Shown in pieces: positions 1-4,851 of a stretch of 4,851 nucleotides of DNA. Positions within the stretch are counted from its first letter, which is position 1, and each line of letters begins with the position of its first letter. The DNA lies in the IMG/VR virus record IMGVR_UViG_2740892230_000008; one strand, given 5' to 3'. The DNA comes from a virus (Duplodnaviria; Heunggongvirae; Uroviricota; Caudoviricetes). The notes below the pieces were generated by a model. It did no database searches and was not told the origin of the DNA. It worked only from the letters and a program-made list of their open reading frames with translations. The position numbers and the translations under genes are program-made.

Positions 1-331
1 TTTCCGCGTTACCCGCAGCGTTAACGGTGATGGTATGTCCATGTGAGCCAATCGCAACGGAGTGCGTATGAGCACCAATACCGACAGTATGTGCGTGTGC
101 ACCTGCAGATGCGGCTGTGCCGCTGACACTATGAGTGTGCGCTCCTGCAGCACTTGTATTCACACTGGCCGCAGACACTACCTTATGTACTGACCCATTT
201 TGTGACCACTGGCTGACTGCTGATGCGCCTGTGACACTATGAGTATGGTTTCCAGCACTTGCGGCTGTACCGCTCACACTGTGCGTATGCGCCCCGATGT
301 TATTCGTGGATTTAGTGCCGTAATCAAACGA
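1..331 (-). CDS. stf: side tail fibre protein fragment, C-terminal His-box region (partial; no stop in window, bounded by N run)
   Basis: Seen: reverse-strand translation from 331 down to 1 is open for 110 codons: [110 protein letters not shown]. Repeated GAHTHS boxes; last 60 nt are an inverted copy of 4792-4851 with 2 mismatches. Absent from the ORF track because it has no stop inside the window. Established: His-box C-termini are typical of lambda Stf / T4 gp37-like fibres. Frame differs from fragment 342-766. Confidence 0.8.
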
Positions 332-341
332 NNNNNNNNNN
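332..341. other. run of 10 N (probable scaffold gap of unknown true length)
   Basis: Seen: 10 N. The coding frame changes across it, and the downstream fragment restarts at a position homologous to 296-626. Confidence 0.7.
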
Positions 342-766
<425 letters not shown>

Positions 767-776
767 NNNNNNNNNN
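767..776. other. run of 10 N (probable scaffold gap)
   Basis: Seen: 10 N flanked by a 14-bp direct repeat, acgcatatcaggga, at 753-766 and 778-791. The coding frame shifts by 1 across it. Confidence 0.75.
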
Positions 777-1928
777 TACGCATATCAGGGATCAGGCCTG
801 ACGGATAAGCGGCTGCAAGTTTCGGGTATGCAGATTTGTCAAAAGTCTGCCCCTGCATCAGGGCATAACCAGACGGAACGGTATCCGATGGCCACGGGAT
901 TGGTGCACCGACTGGATAAAACTCTGCAGGAGGATGAGCCGAGGTGTAAAGCTGCGCCCACGGCGACCAGTTTGCGTCGGTCATATCCCGTCGTGAACGA
1001 ATAAATGCCGGAGCATGAGCACCGCTTGTACCACTCCAGCCGATGAGTAACTCACCTTCGCCAACGGCTGTCATCCCTTTCAGGTGAATGATATTTCCAT
1101 ACGCTGTTGGATATCCGTTGTTATACACCTCGTATAACTCAAGACCTGCTGCCCCCTGCGTATTGTCTGTCAGCGCGGTTACCCGACCTTTTGAAGCCAG
1201 ATTAACTGATGATACTGCTGTTCCACCTGACGGTAACGCCCCGATCTCTGATGCCGTTGGCTTATTTCTGGAGTTATAGTCCCTTCGCCAGCCAGGTGAA
1301 TAATCTGTTCCGTGATTAATATAGGTAAACTGGGCGTTGGTTGTTCCGCCACCGCTGGATGTGGTCGGAGTGGTAATGCGGATCGTCATCGCTGACTTTA
1401 TCCCCATTACTTCAATGACAGCTCCGGCGAGATGAATATTACCGCAGTCAGTATCAGTAATGATTTTATTATTGCCATAAGACCAGGACCCCTTGCACAT
1501 CCAGTAGGGATGGTTAAATGCTCCCTGAGAATCCAGCCACTCGATAAACTGTGCAGTCGTCCAGTTTCCTGTTGTTGTGCTTACTGACCCACCGAAGGCA
1601 CGGCAGGCACCAATATTTTTCGTAAAGGTGTCTTTGCCAGGGATATCCGCACCGTTCTGATCTTTCTGCAGACGTTTCTCAGCATTGTCATTGGCTGCTT
1701 TTACTGCCTTTGGCGTTGCCGCCAGCGTTTCAGACGTGCTGTTGGTCGCGCTGCTTAGCTGGATTATCCCTTTCTGTGCTGTCGTTGCATCCTGTGCGGT
1801 GTATTTCCCGTTAGCCAGGTCATACGCGGCCTTAACGGCTTTTGGCGTTGCCGCCTGTGACTCGGAAGTGCTGTTGGTCGCACTACTGAGCTGGACTATC
1901 CCCTTTTTCGTCGTGCTCGCATCCTCAA
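777..1928 (-). CDS. stf: side tail fibre protein fragment (tail-fibre repeats, central module, conserved C-proximal linker; partial)
   Basis: Seen: same frame as ORF-track 760..3012 (-). Protein starts [82 protein letters not shown], then a central module (...[27 protein letters not shown]...), and ends ...[47 protein letters not shown]. Last ~130 nt (777-905) are an inverted copy of plus 4206-4330 with ~4 mismatches. The track's stop at 760-762 lies beyond the N run and is not meaningful. Confidence 0.8.
1681..1908 (-). repeat. two tandem in-protein tail-fibre repeat units ([16 protein letters not shown][11 protein letters not shown])
   Basis: Seen: unit 1 at 1825-1908 ([28 protein letters not shown]) and unit 2 at 1681-1776 ([32 protein letters not shown]), separated by a 16-residue spacer. 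Established: this is the short phage tail-fibre repeat found in Stf-like proteins. Confidence 0.7.
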
Positions 1929-1938
1929 NNNNNNNNNN
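1929..1938. other. run of 10 N (probable scaffold gap)
   Basis: Seen: 10 N. The protein on either side is not contiguous: ...GWFKLA on one side, restart at [11 protein letters not shown] on the other. Confidence 0.7.
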
Positions 1939-2175
1939 TGCCAGTTTGAACCACCCTGCCCCGCCAGAGAAAGAGATCGTTACTGAATTTAAAGTGCCAA
2001 TATCTTTCGGTGTTAATGTTATATCCGCAGTCAGTGCTTTCCCGTTAACTTTTCGGTTAGATGGTACCCTGCCATTCGCATTGTCATTCGCTGCTTTAAC
2101 TGCCTTCGGTGTCGCGGCAAGCGTTTCAGATGTGCTGTTGGTCGCACTGCTGAGCTGTACTATCCCCTTTTTCGT
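1939..2175 (-). CDS. stf: side tail fibre protein fragment (79 codons, bounded by N runs on both sides)
   Basis: Seen: [79 protein letters not shown]. Inverted near-copy of plus 3021-3254 (B-type allele). In frame with neighbouring minus fragments in window coordinates, but it is an alternative continuation, not a contiguous one. Confidence 0.75.
2077..2175 (-). repeat. tail-fibre repeat unit ([33 protein letters not shown])
   Basis: Seen: the same motif as at 1681-1908 and 3021-3116. Its first 56 nt also recur at 2186-2241 across the N run. Confidence 0.65.
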
Positions 2176-2185
2176 NNNNNNNNNN
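2176..2185. other. run of 10 N (probable scaffold gap)
   Basis: Seen: 10 N flanked by a ~56-bp imperfect direct repeat, 2120-2175 versus 2186-2241, whose last 33 nt are identical. Confidence 0.75.
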
Positions 2186-2579
2186 AGTGACTCGGAAGTG
2201 CTGTCGATCGCACTGCTGAGCTGTACTATCCCCTTTTTCGTCGTACTTGCATCCTCAAGCGCCACGGCGGATGCAATATCCTCTGCCCGTTTTGCCGCTG
2301 TCTCGGCGCGCGTTGCCGCGGTTTCTGCCGTACTTTTGCTCTGTGCTGCCGCTGTCGCACTGCCAGCAGCCTCTGTCGCCTTCGTGGATGCTGTCGTGGC
2401 GCTGCCCTTCGCTGCTGACGCCTGTCTGGTCGCCTCATCTTTTGAAGCTGACGCCGATGATGCCGATGACGCCGCCGAACTGGCGGACGATGCGGCAGCC
2501 GTTTTTGAGGATTCTGCGCTGGTTTCCGACGCTTTCGCGTTCGTCTCGGATGTCTTCGCTGCGGAAGCAGACCTCGCTG
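2186..2579 (-). CDS. stf: side tail fibre protein fragment, Ala/Ser/Thr/Lys/Glu-rich N-proximal shaft segment (partial; N-terminus missing)
   Basis: Seen: [130 protein letters not shown]. Inverted near-copy (only a few mismatches per 60 nt) of plus 2682-3075. The part of ORF-track 760..3012 lying above 2589 is antisense to the plus-strand gene and is not part of this CDS. Confidence 0.75.
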
Positions 2580-2589
2580 NNNNNNNNNN
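2580..2589. other. run of 10 N at the head-to-head junction of two 5'-truncated tail-fibre gene fragments
   Basis: Seen: 10 N. Coding sequence runs leftward on the minus strand from 2579 and rightward on the plus strand from 2590, and the flanks are inverted homologues. Confidence 0.75.
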
Positions 2590-3588
2590 CCGCCGCCGGA
2601 AAATCGGCAGAAAGTGCTGCATCGTCCGCTTCAACAGCCACAACGAAGGCTGGCGAAGCCACTGAACAGGCCAGTGCAGCAGCGAGGTCTGCTTCCGCAG
2701 CGAAGACATCCGAAACGAATGCGAAAGCGTCGGAAACCCGTGCAGAATCCTCAAAAACGGCAGCCGCATCGTCCGCCAGTTCGGCAGCGTCATCGGCATC
2801 ATCTGCGTCTGCTTCAAAAGATGAGGCGACCAGACAGGCGTCAGCAGCGAAGGGCAGCGCCACGACAGCATCCACGAAAGCAACAGAGGCGGCAGGCAGT
2901 GCGACGGCAGCATCTCAGAGCAAAACTGCTGCTGAATCCGCTGCGACCCGTGCGGAAGCTGCTGCTGATCGTGCTGAAGAGATTGCCGGTGCAGTTGCGA
3001 TGGAAGACGCAAGCCTTACAACTAAAGGTGTTGTGAAACTTAGCAGTGCTGTTGATAGCACCAGTGAATCGCTGGCCGCAACGCCAAAAGCAGTTAAAGC
3101 AGCCAATGACAATGCGAATAGCAGGGTGCCATCTAACCGAAAAGTTAACGGAAAAGCACTGACTGCGGATATAACATTAACGCCGAAAGATATTGGTACT
3201 TTAAATTCAGTAACGATGTCTTTCTCTGGCGGGGCTGGGTGGTTCAAACTGGCTACGGTTACCATGCCACAAGCGAGTTCCATCGTTTACATCGCATTGA
3301 TTGGTGGCGCTGGTTACAACGTCGGTTCCCCACATCAGGCAGGCATTTCAGAACTGGTTCTACGAGCAGGCAATGGAAACCCCAAAGGAATTACCGGGGC
3401 TTTGTGGAAGCGTACAGCCGTCGGATTAACGAATTTCGCCTGGATCAACACATCCGGCGATACATATGATATTTACGTTGAGATTGGCAATTATGCGACT
3501 CGTGTAAATATCCATTGGGATTGTACTGCAAATGCGACAGTTTCTATTTATACATCGCCAACATATTCAGCGAGTAAGCCTTCCAGCG
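2590..3588 (+). CDS. stf: side tail fibre protein, N-truncated fragment (Ala/Ser-rich segment, tail-fibre repeat, first part of central module)
   Basis: Seen: frame with codons starting at 2592 is open throughout: ...SASAAKTSETNAKASETRAESSKT...[118 protein letters not shown]...[29 protein letters not shown]. Absent from the ORF track because this frame has no stop before the window end. Begins directly at an N run with no start codon context. Confidence 0.8.
3021..3116 (+). repeat. tail-fibre repeat unit ([32 protein letters not shown])
   Basis: Seen: plus-strand copy of the same motif, more diverged at its 5' end than the minus-strand copies. Confidence 0.65.
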
Positions 3589-3598
3589 NNNNNNNNNN
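3589..3598. other. run of 10 N (probable scaffold gap) inside the plus-strand tail-fibre gene
   Basis: Seen: 10 N flanked by an ~85-89-bp imperfect direct repeat, 3500-3588 versus 3599-3687, with about 3 internal mismatches. Confidence 0.75.
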
Positions 3599-4851
3599 GA
3601 GTGTAAATATCCATTGGGATTGTACTACAAATGCGTCAGTTTCTATTTATACCTCGCCAACATATTCAGCGAGTAAGCCTTCCAGCGTTACCGATGGTGT
3701 TGTTTATACGATGTATAGCTCACATCAGAAACCTACACCATCAGATATTGGAGCGCTGCCAACGACTGGAGGGACTATTTCAGGTCCGTTGTCTGTTACT
3801 GATGGGATCACCGGGGCACTGAAGGGGAACGCCGATACCGCGACGAAACTTGCGGCAGCCCCAAAAATTAACGGTGTTAAGTTTGATGGCTCGGCGGATA
3901 TTAACCTCACGTCGGAAAATATTGGTGCATTTGCCCGACGTTCGACGGGGGCTTATGCGGATTCGGATGGAGCCGTTCCCTGGAATGCCGAATCAGGCGC
4001 TTACAATGTCACCCGCTCTGGCGACAGCTATATTCTGGTTAACTTCTATACCGGAGTCGGAAGTTGCCGGACCCTGCAGATGAAGGCGCATTACAGAAAT
4101 CGTGGTCTGTTCTACCGTTCTTCAAGAGACGGTTATGGTTTTGAGGAAGACTGGGCAGAAGTTTATACCTCGAAAAATCTTCCACCAGAAAGCTACCCAG
4201 TTGGCGCACCAATCCCGTGGCCATCAGATACCGTTCCGTCTGGTTATGCCCTGATGCAGGGGCAGACTTTTAACAAATCTGCCTACCCGAAACTTGCAGC
4301 CGCTTATCCGTCAGGCGTGATCCCTGATATGCGTGGCTGGACGATTAAGGGCAAACCTGCCAGTGGTCGGGCCGTATTGTCTCAGGAACAGGACGGCATT
4401 AAATCGCATACCCACAGCGCCAGCGCATCCAGTACGGATTTGGGGACGAAAACCACATCGTCGTTTGATTACGGCACTAAATCCACGAATAACACCGGGG
4501 CGCATACGCACAGTCTGAGTGGCTCTACGGGGTCTGCCGGTGTTCATACTCATGGTAATGGTATTCGTTGGCCAGGAGGCGGCGGTTCTGCGTTAGCATT
4601 TTATGATGGCGGTGGGTTCACTTATGTCCAGAATTCACAGTATCAAGTAAGCCCGGGGACTTCTTCCTATAGATCGTATTATCAACGTATTCAGACACAG
4701 TCAGCAGGTGCTCATACCCACTCGCTGTCTGGTACTGCAGCAAGTTCTGGCGCACATGCACATACTGTAGGTATTGGTGCGCATACGCACTCCGTTGCGA
4801 TTGGTTCACATGGACACACCATCACCGTTAACGCTGCGGGTAACGCGGAAA
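3599..4851 (+). CDS. stf: side tail fibre protein fragment (central module remainder, tail-collar-like segment, His-box C-terminal region; 3' partial)
   Basis: Seen: same frame continues after the N run: [111 protein letters not shown]...[79 protein letters not shown]...[48 protein letters not shown]. No stop before 4851. Established: this domain order matches lambda Stf-type fibres. Confidence 0.85.

Noticed and set aside
1681-2257. CRISPR-like or tandem DNA repeat array
   Set aside because: The repeats are in-frame protein repeats of a tail fibre with irregular spacing, no uniform spacers and no cas genes.
2580-2589. Divergent promoter region between two genes
   Set aside because: There is no intergenic DNA. 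Both flanks are mid-gene coding sequence right up to the N run, and 10 nt could not hold two promoters and start sites.
1685-3036. Long ORFs in several frames on both strands over the Ala/Ser-rich region (1685..2665 +, 2226..2438 -, 2435..2875 -, 2614..3036 +, and the first ~140 residues of 760..3012 -)
   Set aside because: GC-rich GCN/TCN-rich low-complexity coding sequence stays open in antisense and shifted frames by chance. The translations are Arg/Gln/Pro-rich or poly-Ala junk, and each overlaps a well-supported tail-fibre frame. The track's N-terminus for 760..3012 lies on the far side of the 2580-2589 N run and is antisense to the plus-strand gene.
3500-3687. Diversity-generating retroelement template/variable repeat pair
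   Set aside because: The differences between the two copies are not restricted to adenine positions (one is G to A), there is no reverse transcriptase gene in the window, and the copies abut an N run.

Overview
The whole 4851-bp window is coding sequence from lambda-type prophage side tail fibre (Stf-like) genes, but it contains no intact gene and I see no support for a novel system. Six runs of exactly 10 N (332-341, 767-776, 1929-1938, 2176-2185, 2580-2589, 3589-3598) cut it into seven fragments. The five fragments left of 2580 are read on the minus strand, from an Ala/Ser-rich N-proximal segment at 2186-2579, through tail-fibre repeats, a central module and a tail-collar-like segment, to a His-box C-terminal region at position 1. 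The two fragments right of 2589 encode a paralogous Stf on the plus strand (2590-4851). Both genes lack their N-terminal part, meet head-to-head at the central N run, and run off the window before any stop codon. There is no intergenic DNA, so no promoter, RBS, terminator, RNA gene, CRISPR array or mobile-element gene can be supported. Several N runs are flanked by overlapping, slightly divergent copies of the same sequence, and some fragments are alternative continuations of one another. This pattern looks like a scaffold through a collapsed multi-copy tail-fibre family, so reading frames across N runs should not be trusted. The real biological content is tail-fibre modularity: alternative central and C-terminal cassettes between conserved linker segments. 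All similarity statements are by-eye alignments, not computed searches.
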